Shown: in pieces, positions 17,345 through 28,745 of the stretch | Layout of the letters: every line of letters begins with the position of its first letter | Numbering within the stretch: the stretch's first letter is position 1 | Sequence record: NC_062582.1 | DNA length: 64,000 bases | Strand: one strand, 5' to 3' | Notes under the pieces: generated by a model | Told to the model about the DNA's origin: nothing | The model's input: the letters and a program-made list of their open reading frames with translations, nothing else | The model's database searches: none | Translations under genes and position numbers: made by a program

Positions 17345-17923
17345 ATGGATAAGCAAATCTCGGAATACCTCGAACATACTCATATCCATGTAGCCAATAG
17401 CTTTGATAAAGAAAGTGCAGAGTATGCAGGAAGTAAAGCGGTAAAAGATCTGATGTTTAAAGAACTTACAAAATTCGGCTTCACTGACATCAAGATTGAT
17501 CATGAAGAGTACACCGAGCGAGAACTAGCTGCCTACGCAAACGCTATCGGTAATAAGAAGATCTATATCACCGTGCATTATGTAGCGCAATCACTGCGCT
17601 TGGATAACCACGTTCCAGTTACACGTCCGTTGCGATATCGCCCTGAACTAAGTATCAGTAATTTTGTTGATAATGGAAAACCAGCTCCATTCCATATTCA
17701 AATTATCGGCGGTATAAACACAGGTAAGACCACACTTGTTAATATGTTACGTAAAGTACTATACGTAATTAATCCAACTGCCGAGGTAATCGCTGTAGAT
17801 AGCGATCCATACAGTTTTAACTTTTACTATGGTGATGATACTGAACGCGTGGGATACTTTACAAACCTCAAACACCGTAAGATCAATTTGTGTACACCGA
17901 TGCTGCACAACGTGATGGCATAA
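17345..17923 (+). CDS. hypothetical protein with C-terminal P-loop (Walker A)
   Basis: IQIIGGINTGKTT...VIAVDSD. Confidence 0.55.
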   Translation: MDKQISEYLEHTHIHVANSFDKESAEYAGSKAVKDLMFKELTKFGFTDIKIDHEEYTERELAAYANAIGNKKIYITVHYVAQSLRLDNHVPVTRPLRYRPELSISNFVDNGKPAPFHIQIIGGINTGKTTLVNMLRKVLYVINPTAEVIAVDSDPYSFNFYYGDDTERVGYFTNLKHRKINLCTPMLHNVMA

Positions 17924-17943
17924 AGCCTTCCCGTAGGAAGGCT
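17917..17943 (-). terminator. intrinsic terminator, reverse-oriented family member
   Basis: Reverse complement AGCCTTCC-TACG-GGAAGGC-TTTATGCC. Confidence 0.75.
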
Positions 17944-17948
17944 GAATG

Positions 17949-18152
17949 TTATTGGTCTTTAAACTGGCCAACGCCAATACTAGAACGTGCTTCACTCGAT
18001 ACCTTCTTAGGAAGAGTCTTAGTACGATCTTTGGAATCTTTGTCATTCCATTCTTTAGCAGTGCTTTGTTTGATTCCGGCTTTCTTAGCGAATTCTGGGT
18101 TGTGTGCAGCTGCTTGCATAAAACGAGCTTGATCTTTACTAACTGATGGCAT
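17949..18152 (-). CDS. small conserved phage protein (MPSVSKDQARFMQAAAHNPEFAKK...), possibly virion-associated
   Basis: GGAG SD; recognised N-terminal motif recurrent in phages; lone - strand gene with its own terminator. Confidence 0.6.
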   Translation of the reverse strand: MPSVSKDQARFMQAAAHNPEFAKKAGIKQSTAKEWNDKDSKDRTKTLPKKVSSEARSSIGVGQFKDQ

Positions 18153-18279
18153 GGTATACTCCGTGATTATCAACTGTGATTACATATGATGTAGTTAAAA
18201 GAAAAGAGGTTCAGCATGCCAGTATATGAAAATGTTTGGGTACGGTTTAATACTGTAAGCCTGAGGAGGCAACGTACCC

Positions 18280-18459
18280 ATGTCAAAATCTTATCGTACC
18301 TGTTATTACTCGCGTGGCAAAGATCTCTGGGACCGTGATCGTCCCTATAGTGCCTACCTGTCGAGTAACAAACGCAACAAAGTTCTCGCCCACCAAGTAG
18401 AACGCGCATGGGTGGCTAAACGCCTCCATCGCGAATTGGTACAGCTGGGCTATAAGTAA
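18280..18459 (+). CDS. small basic hypothetical protein (59 aa, MSKSYR..., not in ORF track)
   Basis: GAGGAGG SD; followed by a terminator-family hairpin at 18467-18491. Confidence 0.6.
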   Translation: MSKSYRTCYYSRGKDLWDRDRPYSAYLSSNKRNKVLAHQVERAWVAKRLHRELVQLGYK

Positions 18460-18464
18460 CATAT

Positions 18465-18809
18465 ATGCCCTCCTTAACGGGAGGGCTTTATGAGGTGAAT
18501 ATGATCAGCCGTAATAAAAGGAAATACCTGGAACGGGAATATCGGGCTATTCAATTAGCAAATAGTATTCGTCGGTCAGCACCACATCTCTCTGAGGAAC
18601 GAATTACTACAAGTGTGGCTATCCATAGAAAACTGTGGGATAGAAAAGGTGGGGAACGACATCTCGGATACACCACAGCTTCCAAAGCCGACAAAAAAGA
18701 ATACGCCGCTTTCAGTAGTTATCTGGAAACACTTGGCAAGGTAGCTTTAGCTAGTACTTTTGTAAAGCGAATTAAATTAATACCTTTTAAAGAGTGGGCA
18801 CGTCAATAA
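18465..18809 (+). CDS. basic hypothetical protein
   Basis: True start probably the ATG near 18501 after GAGGTGA. Confidence 0.6.
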   Translation: MPSLTGGLYEVNMISRNKRKYLEREYRAIQLANSIRRSAPHLSEERITTSVAIHRKLWDRKGGERHLGYTTASKADKKEYAAFSSYLETLGKVALASTFVKRIKLIPFKEWARQ

Positions 18810-19203
18810 TGTTTCCTTATTTTGAACTCGGGATATTTGTCTTTGGCTTGATGTCCTTCATCGGCATGTTGATCTTAGGTACGGCTGATAACCTAGGTAA
18901 AGTTGGTTACATTGTAATACGTATTATCCAAGCTCTATTTGTTGTTTGTTGCGCCGGCTATTATTATACGGGGAATCACTGATGGAACTTTTAACTAGTA
19001 TTCTGTTTATCTTGGGTGTAATTGGGCTGGGTCTCACAGCCCTTCTTTTACTGTTGGTGGCATTTAGTAACCTTGCGCATGCATTGGGTGCTCATGTACC
19101 GGATTACCCTATGACTCTAAAAGCTTTCATCATTACTGGTGGAATTACAGTAGTGATTTGGATCAGTTACTGGTCTGGTATCTTGCTTATTAAACATAGT
19201 TAA
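18809..19203 (+). other. two small membrane-protein ORFs (about 18809..18982 and about 18982..19203)
   Basis: Hydrophobic two-TM ORFs in tandem. Confidence 0.55.
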
Positions 19204-19208
19204 ATATT

Positions 19209-19250
19209 GCCTCTCCTTCGGGAGAGGCTTTATCTCCTTTTCTTTTTTGT
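19209..19250 (+). terminator. intrinsic terminator
   Basis: GCCTCTCC-TTCG-GGAGAGGC-TTTATCTCCTTTTCTTTTTT. Confidence 0.85.
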
Positions 19251-19308
19251 CTTTATGCAAATAGTATAGGTATGTAATGTCGCATATCCAATTGGAAGGA
19301 AATTACTA

Positions 19309-19671
19309 ATGTCAATTCCAACTTTAGCTGAATTAACCGAAAAGGTAGGTAATCTGGAAATCGCCGGAATCGAGACTGCTATTACTGCACGTTTGGAAAC
19401 CGTAGGTACCGTAGCTTTCTTGAACGATCCAACTGTCACTGATAAAACTCTGAACCTGGATTTTGATGGTGTACATTTGTCTGAAAGTGCTATCGCCCTG
19501 TTGGTTGCTTCCTTGACCAAGAGTGGCTGGGCTTCTCCAGTAGTTAAGAATACCCAAGGTCCTGCTTACACTGGTATCGGTCACCAACCGCGCCCACGTA
19601 ACAACCCTGTTCTGACTGTTAGCTTTAAACCAGGCGCTGTTACTCCACCAGCAACAGATGATGGCGAGTAA
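19309..19671 (+). CDS. hypothetical protein in its own transcription unit
   Basis: GGAAGGAA SD; bounded by terminators on both sides. Confidence 0.75.
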   Translation: MSIPTLAELTEKVGNLEIAGIETAITARLETVGTVAFLNDPTVTDKTLNLDFDGVHLSESAIALLVASLTKSGWASPVVKNTQGPAYTGIGHQPRPRNNPVLTVSFKPGAVTPPATDDGE

Positions 19672-19679
19672 AAACATTT

Positions 19680-19707
19680 AGCCTTCCTTCGGGAAGGCTT
19701 TATGCCG
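19680..19707 (+). terminator. intrinsic terminator
   Basis: AGCCTTCC-TTCG-GGAAGGCT-TTATGCCG, nearly identical to 2431. Confidence 0.85.
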
Positions 19708-19708
19708 T

Positions 19709-19749
19709 TATTAGAAGTTATTTAACCACTATATTACTAGTTGGATATT
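19709..19749 (+). promoter_or_regulatory. 41-bp early promoter element, copy 1 (contains TATATTAC)
   Basis: TATTAGAAGTTATTTAACCACTATATTACTAGTTGGATATT, repeated at 21674, 54937 and 58381. Confidence 0.75.
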
Positions 19750-19791
19750 CAAAGACGAAAGTCACCAATTAATTAAATAGGGATTATAAAA

Positions 19792-20244
19792 ATGCAAATT
19801 CGTTCTGAAACTCGTGGTAATACCAAAGTTGTAGATCTGCGTGGTAACTGGGTTACCCCTCCTGTACAGGAGCGTCTCGACCGCATCGCTGGTTTGCAAC
19901 AGTTTACTCGTGGTGCAGATATCACCGTTAAAGAGAAAGGTTTGTTTCTGGAGTTCCGTCCTGAAACCACCGATAAAGAACAAGCCGCTTTGGTTGAATA
20001 CATTAACGATAACCTGTTTATGGTAATCGGTCGTGCATTCACCGAGATCCGTGTTTCTCCTTATCACGTACCAAACAACAACAATGAGAATGGTCTCGGG
20101 TTGTTGATGGCCATCGTAGAAGAAACCGGTTGCGATGCAGATTACGGTACCTGGAACTCTCCAGTAACTCTGAAGCCAGCTACCAGCACACAATACAACG
20201 AGATCGTTGATCTGTTGGATACTTTCGAATTACGTTACAGTTGA
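19792..20244 (+). CDS. early hypothetical protein
   Basis: First ORF after the early promoter. Confidence 0.75.
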   Translation: MQIRSETRGNTKVVDLRGNWVTPPVQERLDRIAGLQQFTRGADITVKEKGLFLEFRPETTDKEQAALVEYINDNLFMVIGRAFTEIRVSPYHVPNNNNENGLGLLMAIVEETGCDADYGTWNSPVTLKPATSTQYNEIVDLLDTFELRYS

Positions 20245-20441
20245 GGCATAACCAGATGGCATTCTACCGCGTTAAAGCAAAAGGTATCGATGTAAAGAAA
20301 GCACTTGAACTGGGGTTTGGTACTAACCAGTTTGAATGTGATTTTGATGAGGTTATTCTGGTACACACTAGTGAACCCACTATGCGTGCCATGATCAAAC
20401 ATTACGGCATCAAAACTGTCGGCGAAATTACACAAGGGTAA
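20241..20441 (+). CDS. small early hypothetical protein
   Basis: Operon ORF; true start may be the ATG near 20257. Confidence 0.6.
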   Translation: MRHNQMAFYRVKAKGIDVKKALELGFGTNQFECDFDEVILVHTSEPTMRAMIKHYGIKTVGEITQG

Positions 20442-20444
20442 TAC

Positions 20445-20897
20445 ATGAAACAGATTAAGTTTAAATTGGCCGAACGAATCGAATACACTCGTATCAATCA
20501 TCATGAAATCTACGATGTGATTCGCGATAGATTGGACGATACTAACTGGGTTGTCGAGATCCTGAACTTCAACGAGATTCCAACTGGTTACCTGCCACCA
20601 GTTGTTGATCCGTATGTATTGACCAACCGTATCCTTACCGCTATCGAGGTACTGGGTCCGAACAGTCCTGGTTACAACTGGGCTCCGCTGCGTGGTAAGA
20701 CTGTTGTCTGGTTCACCCAACAACCAATTTCTTCCGTGCGTCGTCGTTTCCGCTACCAACTGGAAAACGGCGCTATGATCGAGCAGACCATCAAGGTCAC
20801 CGCGCAGAACATTACCCATCATGAACTCTTTTGCAAATACGTTTTGCAAGAGGGCGGTAATGAAGCAGGTAAACGTATCGAGGTTGCATCCGAATGA
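20445..20897 (+). CDS. early hypothetical protein
   Basis: Operon ORF. Confidence 0.7.
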   Translation: MKQIKFKLAERIEYTRINHHEIYDVIRDRLDDTNWVVEILNFNEIPTGYLPPVVDPYVLTNRILTAIEVLGPNSPGYNWAPLRGKTVVWFTQQPISSVRRRFRYQLENGAMIEQTIKVTAQNITHHELFCKYVLQEGGNEAGKRIEVASE

Positions 20898-21613
20898 ATG
20901 AGGAAATGCGTCAAGTAAAAGTGGTTGAGTTCTGTGAAGCCTTAACCAAACGTATCCGTACGGCTATTGCTGTATTGGGCAGTTACGCTCCTGGACATAA
21001 TGCTGAGTTCCATAAACTGGACAACAACATTATTCGACTACAGGTAACTAAAGTCGATAAGTTTGAATGGCTCCACAAATACACCCTGGATAATGGGGAC
21101 GTACATAAAGTGGAAGTCTTGGATCTGTCAGAGGCTGAACGTTATGCGACCGAGAAGTTCCATAACTACGTCTTTCAAACAGATGCCCTGCTGGTTAATG
21201 GCGATATCCATTTTACTAAATGTGAAATTGACCATCACCCTTCTGGCTTGTCTACAGGTGTTAACGAGTTTTTGCACCGTAGTCTGAAAGAGAACATGAC
21301 CTGGAGTACGTTCGAAAAGATCCTGACCGAGAAGATGCGCTGGTATACCCAAGTGTATCGTAAGGAATGGAATCCTGCTGCAAAGATCCAGAGAGGTTTC
21401 GATCGAGATCTGTTGTTGTCAGGTGTTGCGGTTGAACTGTCTGGTCCTGATAAACTCATCTGGAAATTTACCTGGAATGATGGGTCTATCTATACTGATA
21501 CTCAGCCAATTGGTGATGAGTTGAACGACCGTATCTACAACGCTATCACCAGTGGTCTGTGTGACGGTGAACGTAATGCTCCGTGGCGTATGACCTACCT
21601 CAAGCAATCGTAA
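20894..21613 (+). CDS. early hypothetical protein
   Basis: 239-aa ORF, ATGA overlap. Confidence 0.75.
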   Translation: MNEEMRQVKVVEFCEALTKRIRTAIAVLGSYAPGHNAEFHKLDNNIIRLQVTKVDKFEWLHKYTLDNGDVHKVEVLDLSEAERYATEKFHNYVFQTDALLVNGDIHFTKCEIDHHPSGLSTGVNEFLHRSLKENMTWSTFEKILTEKMRWYTQVYRKEWNPAAKIQRGFDRDLLLSGVAVELSGPDKLIWKFTWNDGSIYTDTQPIGDELNDRIYNAITSGLCDGERNAPWRMTYLKQS

Positions 21614-21673
21614 TAATAGCTACATTACTACTACGATATTCGTAAAAGGATATCGTAGTGTTAAGCATGTTAT

Positions 21674-21714
21674 TATTAGAAGCGATTTTACCACTATATT
21701 ACTAATTCGATATT
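21674..21714 (+). promoter_or_regulatory. 41-bp early promoter element, copy 2
   Basis: TATTAGAAGCGATTTTACCACTATATTACTAATTCGATATT. Confidence 0.8.
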
Positions 21715-21744
21715 AAACCCAAGATACATTACAGGAGTTACAAA

Positions 21745-23420
21745 ATGAACAACCAACTGAATGTTGTAACCGAGCCAACTCAACAAGCTTGGGAAGACTA
21801 CGTTGACAACCGTGTTCTGAATGTTGCATCGATCTACGATGTAAAACCAGAACTGACTTTTGCCCAGCGCTTGGAAATGATGCAGGATTTGCTTGCGGAC
21901 CTTTCCATTGAACTGTACAACAACGTCAAAGACAAAGCAATGCGTTCGCCAATGATGGCTTACGTAACCAAAATCGAAAACCGCCTGGCTGTATAAAGTC
22001 ATCTAGGGAGCAGCAATATGTTTAACGAATTAGAAGATTATATTCTTGCAGCTGCTGCCCTCTATGTTGGCGTAGTTGTTGGTAGCGCTATCTATAAAGA
22101 AGCTAGTGCAGCTATTGACGAATTGTGCACGATCAAAAAAGAGTCTTCTGCCGAATGGGACAAGTGGACTCTGGAACGTTACACTCATCTCAGCAAGAAG
22201 CTAGATGAAACTAATGCATCGGGTCCAGCTCGTCGTGAAGCACATGAACATGCCGCGATGTTGATCGAAAAACATCTGGCATTTTATGTCATCAACCCGG
22301 CTGCCCGTGAAAAGGCTCTGGCCTTTAATCAAAGATACATCGACGCAATCCGTGGCATCTAACTCAATTAACTAAATAGGAAATTACAAACATGAATGCT
22401 AATCAAGTAATCGGTCTGACCCTCGCTGTATCCGCTATCGTAGTTGGTGCTTGCGCCTGGTACATGTCTCGTGAAGAAGTAGTTCCTGAAGCTGCTACCA
22501 ACCAGCCTGATGACGCGCATCACTTCGATCATGTAACTGATCGTTGGAATGCTGCACGTAGTGCGGTTGATAACGGTGAAGTTGATGTGACCTTTCATGA
22601 CGAGTATTACAAATCCGTTCATTCGGAAATGGATACCTACATCCGTGAAGCCGTGATGGTCAATGAAGACCTGCGTGAACATCTGAACACCAAGAATGCT
22701 TTGTTCCTGGCTGAGCTGGTTTAATCAAATAACTAAAAAGGGAAATACGGACATGAAGACTTTGGCTACCATTCTGGAAGAAGCTAACAACTATGATGAA
22801 CTCTCGGAAGCACTGGGTGGTCATCCACTTGCTAACGTGTTCTTCACCGATGACAAGCTTCCAAACATGTTGGCTGATCTGGACGAGTATTCCGGCACAC
22901 CAGCTGACAACTTCCATCACAACCTGTGCTGGCAGCACACCGCTACTCGCATCAACCAATTGATCGCTACTAACTAAACAGGAGTTACAAACATGGCACA
23001 TACTCGACACGCTCTCGTACATTACGAACGCGACGATGGTTCGGTTACTCATAGCCGACTTGACGGTTCTACTTATGAATCGGTCGTGGCTTCCTCCTTG
23101 GAAGAAGCTGAAAAAATGATGCAAGAAAAAGTTAAAGAACTCGACGGACATTCTTTCGAGTTCGTTTGATTAAATAATTAAACAGGAGTTTTACCATGAT
23201 CCGTTATGACAATAGCCAAATTGTTCCACAACTGCATGTTGATATTGTGCGCTTGAATGCTGCTCGCATGGCTGCTATCCGTGCGGCCTGTAAAGATCCA
23301 GCTTACACCGATATCAGCGCCTTTCTGGAAGTGTATGATTATCACGCTGTGGTAATCCTGCATCGTGGTAATGAAGAACAGCATATCGAGTTCATGAATC
23401 ATCTGAACTCGCTGATGTAA
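21745..23420 (+). other. early cassette of six small genes: 21745..21996, 22018..22362, 22392..22724, 22753..22977, 22993..23169 (not in track), 23196..23420
   Basis: Strong SDs (CAGGAG, TAAATAGGAA), short acidic ORFs, downstream of the early promoter, closed by a terminator. Confidence 0.7.
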
Positions 23421-23425
23421 TAGAT

Positions 23426-23443
23426 GGGGGACTTCGGTCCCCC
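23426..23443 (+). terminator. intrinsic terminator
   Basis: GGGGGAC-TTCG-GTCCCCC, with a T-tract a few bases downstream. Confidence 0.7.
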
Positions 23444-23477
23444 GCTATCAAATTATTTTTTTGACTAAGGTACAGCT

Positions 23478-24167
23478 ATGAATCTTCCACCCGTAAACAG
23501 TTTTACTGTAATCGAACATTTACATAGTGTTTCCATGGATCGTAATATCCATGGGTATCAGGAAACATCGACTATTGACATCCATTATGTGTTGTCGCAA
23601 GGTATTTCCTTTTACGCATTAACCCAACGCGAAGGCGATGAGGTTTCCTGTGACTTCAGTATTCGTTCGCGAGGACATCTTCACATTGGACCGCATCTAC
23701 TGAAAGATGCTATTGAACTATGGCGTGCTGCCTGGCTATCTGGTGTAGAAGCTGTTATTCCTGGTGACGTAGGTCACTTGGAATTCGGGTCGATGGTTAA
23801 GACTGATTATGCAGCGTCGTCCCATCGTATTGTTGTTCGTGGCTGCCGTAGTAGTAAAGTAATCGGTTACATGCATTGGAGCAAGGATGAGCGTTTCGTT
23901 ATTACGTATGACGAAAATGAAGCCTGTCTTTTCCCATCGTACGAGTACGCATCTATACTGCATACCGGGTTGTTGTTCCGTGATCAACCACAAGAACTTC
24001 GAGAGAATGTAGAAAGTATCCTGGAACTTTTCGGTGAAGACATTACTGTCCAGCTTCAGAAAGAAGTGGGTGAGAACGGCGGCAGTTGGGTAGACGTTGG
24101 TGATGAGAATCTCGCACCCGCGTATACCCGCAAAAACAGCTACATCAATAAAATCAAACAGTACTAA
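23478..24167 (+). CDS. hypothetical protein
   Basis: 229-aa ORF with AAGG SD. Confidence 0.7.
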   Translation: MNLPPVNSFTVIEHLHSVSMDRNIHGYQETSTIDIHYVLSQGISFYALTQREGDEVSCDFSIRSRGHLHIGPHLLKDAIELWRAAWLSGVEAVIPGDVGHLEFGSMVKTDYAASSHRIVVRGCRSSKVIGYMHWSKDERFVITYDENEACLFPSYEYASILHTGLLFRDQPQELRENVESILELFGEDITVQLQKEVGENGGSWVDVGDENLAPAYTRKNSYINKIKQY

Positions 24168-24178
24168 GAGGGTTTAAC

Positions 24179-25442
24179 ATGTACGGTATTGTAAACGAAC
24201 GTGGGCGTCAACTGGATCGTAATCTGGCACTGTTGGATAAGTTGGGGGGTCACAAAAAGATCAAGAGTATCTATAATGTCAGCTATCCTATTGATGGGGC
24301 TGATAGTCTGGTGCAGGTAGAAGCTATTCCTGAGTTCATGCCACACCTGGTTACATGGTCCAGTGTAGCGGTACCACGTAAAGGTAAGCTTGGTCTGTTT
24401 GCTGTTAACCGTTTGGTCAAGAAACATTTGAACAACATGGTTGAAGAAGAACGTAAGTTGGTAGGTCCGATGATTTACCAATTGGTACTACTGCATGAAA
24501 TCAATGCGGTAGATGTGTATGATGAAACATTCATCTTGCACTGCACTATCAATGGCGAGGCAAAGAGCGCTGTCATCACAGTGTTTAATCTCATTGAGAA
24601 AAACTCTGAGACCGAGAATCATCTTTGGCGCAGAGATAGTCTCAACTAAGTAGTCCAATTATATTGAGGGTGTTGTGCCCTCAGTGTAATAACTATTTTG
24701 AGGTGTCTATGGATAACCGTGTGAAGCTGGTAAAGCAACCAGATAAAGTCTGGACCGTTACTGTAGATGGTGTTCAACGTCTCGTTACATTAGATGAAAC
24801 TCCATTGATAGTATGGAAGACTCTTGGCCTTCACCCTGATGGTGTGGTCGAAGTCTATCAAACATCTTCGGGTGTCATTGAGAAGTTCGTGTTGCTTCCT
24901 TCTGAAGTGGAGTTAACGGAACTTGAATTTACTAAACAACATTCACTGTATCGTGCAATGAATATTCGCGGTCAGTATGTTGGAGGTTAAAGATGCTTAA
25001 CAAGGTTGAACGTGGTTCTGTACCACTAGGTGGACATGCAGCCTCTATGGGTGTACTCCCAGAACTCTGTAATGACCATAACGTACAGGTAAGTTACAAA
25101 GACGGGACGACGGGGATTGCCAGTCATGTTGCTACTAATGGTCAGTATTTCTCGCTAGAACGTCTATTGGGTGGTTCGGTTAATTTCGACCACATTGTAC
25201 TAGATGAAATATCTTATGTAGACTCGACAGGTGCTTTGGCAATTTACCAAATCCCTGAATCTGCACCAGTACCCTTTAAAACTGGACGAGTGTTTACATT
25301 GGGGTATGTTACTAAATTGAATGGTCTGCGTTGGGGCTTTAACTTTGAATACGATCCTGTAAATGGTCGTGGTCAATTGGTTTCTGATCCAGGTAGCCCA
25401 ATCATTGGTGCATGCTTCCACTTTGTTAACCATGTAGCTTAA
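24179..25442 (+). other. three hypothetical CDS: 24179..24649, about 24664..24990, 24993..25442
   Basis: Contiguous + strand ORFs ending at terminator 25481-25508 (GCCCTCC-GTAAT-GGAGGGC-TTTATG). Confidence 0.65.
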
Positions 25443-25607
25443 AGCAGGTGCCGGCCTGTTAAAGTCGAAACAATATAAATGCCCTCCGTAATGGAGGGCT
25501 TTATGTCCGCATACTTTAGAAACATAATCAGATCTATATCACAGTTGTAGTAGTGTCCCTTAAATGTAGGAGCTAGTACTAAATGAAAAGTAAATTGGAG
25601 TAGCTGC

Positions 25608-26101
25608 ATGTCGTTTTTTGAAGATCTAGTAGAGCTGGGCTTAGGTATTGCTAAAAGTAAAGTTGTACGCGGTATGGTCTTACAAGCAGGTCGTGACATT
25701 GTTATTACTAGAACCGATCGAAAGTCAGGTTATACCGAATTCCATTATGCAAAAGAAGGGGATGATCTAGAAGTATTGGGTGAAGACCATGATAATCCTC
25801 TAGGGGGTTTCCGAGTAATCAATCGGGACAACTATGATCAAATTGATACTGTGCTGTGTGATGATCTAGAAGACACCTTTAATGATTATGGTAAATAAAG
25901 GAGAACGCGATGACGCGTACTGTAACAGCAATATGCACTATCAGCTTTAGTGTAGGTGAAACAACTGATCCAGCACGTGTTCTAGTATTAGCTCACGCTG
26001 GTGAAGAACTGATCGTAGTTCAGGATCATGGTACATTTATCACTGTTCGTAAAAACGGCAGCAATGAAACGTTCCAGATTTATCCGGGGCAGTATCAATG
26101 A
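25608..26101 (+). other. two small hypothetical CDS: 25608..25898 and 25910..26101
   Basis: GGAG SDs, contiguous. Confidence 0.65.
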
Positions 26102-26634
26102 ATTTCATTACAAGCGGGGAGATCCGCCAACGCGAAAAGATGCAAACGGAATACATGAAGACCCTGATTCATCCAATAGGTGGTTGGGGTATGTTCTATC
26201 GCCGTGCAGATGGACCTATACCTGGTATGCAATGTGCATTCGGTTTACAGTTCAACGGTTATCCTGATATCGTAATTAGTGGTACTACTGACACGAAGAC
26301 CCAACAACATCAAACACTGTTGAATCTGGTTGTTACAGAACTACTGACTAATCTACCACTGCCGGTAAAGACCGATTACGTAGACGACATCAATTTCATC
26401 CTTGCTGCAAAAGGGTTACAAACTACATATAAAGCTGTGATCATTGACACCGAACAATTCCTTAATGGATACGGTATTAATGTGAATCGTTTTTATGAGG
26501 ACTATCCACGTGATAACATGTGCTTCGTTCAACTTGTAGAAACAATGTTCAATGGGGAATTCCCTACTGAATCGCAACCTAATCAAATGTTGTTCCATAC
26601 CAAACCATTCGGCTATAAGGAAACTACACAATGA
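26098..26634 (+). CDS. DUF4262-like hypothetical protein
   Basis: AFGLQFNGYPDIVISG...LLNLV resembles the DUF4262 core (recalled pattern). Confidence 0.45.
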   Translation: MNFITSGEIRQREKMQTEYMKTLIHPIGGWGMFYRRADGPIPGMQCAFGLQFNGYPDIVISGTTDTKTQQHQTLLNLVVTELLTNLPLPVKTDYVDDINFILAAKGLQTTYKAVIIDTEQFLNGYGINVNRFYEDYPRDNMCFVQLVETMFNGEFPTESQPNQMLFHTKPFGYKETTQ

Positions 26635-28701
26635 ACCAATTCTTCCAGACTCGTGAATTCCGTGCTTCCCAAATCGTTCGCGCTAAAGTAACTCTGGTTG
26701 ATGCTAAAGGTGAAGTCTACTTGCATGAAGGGCAAGAAGCTCGCATCATGATGTGTGATCCAGAGAAATACCCGGACCGTCCTTATGGTCTGCGTAAAGT
26801 TGACGAACATGTTACTCGTAACTTCTTCGCTGCTGAACAACTGGAAGCGCATCCCGAATACCCTGCAAAGGTTTCGGTATGGGAAGCTAACCCGGCTGAG
26901 CGATACAGCCATCCTTCGCATCCACGCCATGAAGAACTGCGTGCTTGTGGGTGGCGTGTTGATCCAGCTACCATTGGGATGTAAAGGTAGTTGAATGACT
27001 GTAGCTGATGTAAACGTTTTAAGACCCAGATACCTCAACCGTGTTAACCAAATGGATTTCCATTGGTCAGTATGGAATGTGGTAACTGGGGAAGTAGTTA
27101 TGTTGTTCGTAACCGATAAGGGATCGAAGCGTGGCTACTTCACTGGGCAATACGATGAGACGAAACAAAACATCTGGTATTGGGATGATTACATGCGTTG
27201 TACTCATGCCTTAGGTCTATTAGGTAAAGAACCTTGGACAATCCATGGGGATGCTGTAAAGGCAGGTTTGCCTAGTGGTACGTATAAATGTTCGATCACA
27301 CGGGTGAACGGACAGAAACTCAATTCTTATGAATTTACCGTCTAGAGGAATGTGAATATGGGTCTTGCGAACATGGCTGTTGATTACACTGTATCTGTTA
27401 ATAGTGCTGGTAACACCTATTATGGTCACCCGGATCATAGCGGTGTAGTAACTAATGAGTTGGTGCTTTCAGAACAAGCCGCTAATGTTTTGATGAACCG
27501 TATGGTTGCCGGTTATTGGGACCCTATCTCGGAAGGGATTGTAATTAACTGGGAGATCAATCGCACTACTGGTCAACATCACCCAGTTCGTATTATCGAA
27601 GCATCGGTTGTTGATCAAGCCAATGTGATTGAGTATATCCCTACTAACCCAAGTAATGCTGACCTTGCTTTCATCATCGCTAAAGATGTTAAAGGTACTG
27701 TTAGCTTTGTTTCGAATATGTTTGCGGATAAACCATTCGTGACCGACTTTTCTAAAGCCGATCTAATGTGGTTCAATGAACCGGGTCTTGATTCGATCAT
27801 CAAACGCGGCTTTGTACATAAAGCTTCCGAAGCATTTATGGAGATGTATAGCCATAACTACAACATTCAACTGATGTGGGTTCGTATTAAGGAATAGCTA
27901 TGGAAACACCGACGACCTTGTACCATGGGTCAATGTATAAACAAACCGAGCTTATGCCCGGTTACCAACGTTCTGGAAAACTTCAGACGTGGGATGGTGT
28001 AGAGTCAAATCTACACCTTTACGCTAGTAGTTCAAAAGAAGAAGCTGAACTACTGGGTGTGGGATCAGCTGCTGAGAAGACATTTGAAACCAATCGCTAC
28101 ATTGAATTTGAAGGGAATATCTGGTTGTTCACGGATACTCCCATCGATATCAACGACGTATTGGGTATGACTGTCTACATCTACACGATTCCTTTTAAAG
28201 AATCGGATGGCTGGGAAAAGAACAACAACCCTTACAATAACATCGATACCGAATGGAAGACTCGTAAAACGGTTAAAGGGGTTAGTGTTAAATCGATTGA
28301 TATCCGTGCTCTAATGCAAGGTCGAACGATTACACTTACGACCGCTCCAGCCGATGTACGGATTGACCAGTTACACAAACGCTATCGTGAAGAAACCAAA
28401 GTTCATAAATTTTGAGGTGGTTATGCAAACAGGGGATTCGTGGTCGGCGTTGGTAAAGGAAGTTGCCGTTTATGAATATTTCGTTACTGAACTGGGACAT
28501 AGCAATACTGAGTTCGGTCCATATGCTTCAGCAGTTAATGCTAATGCAGCGAAAGAGATTTTGAAAGAAATGTCTTCTGATGAATTACAGCAGATCTTTG
28601 GTCGCCCTGTAAATCAAACATGTTTGAAAATCCAAGGTTGGCCGAAGGTTGGCGCTAACAACATACCTGTAACTCGTTACGAACTGAATGTAATTAACTG
28701 A
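26631..28701 (+). other. five hypothetical CDS: 26631..26984, 26995..27345, 27352..27897, 27900..28415, about 28423..28701
   Basis: Contiguous ORFs with SDs; terminator GAGTGGC-TTAG-GCCACTC-TTTT at 28700-28721. Confidence 0.7.
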
Positions 28702-28745
28702 GTGGCTTAGGCCACTCTTTTATTCCCCTAAATAGGAAAATACAA

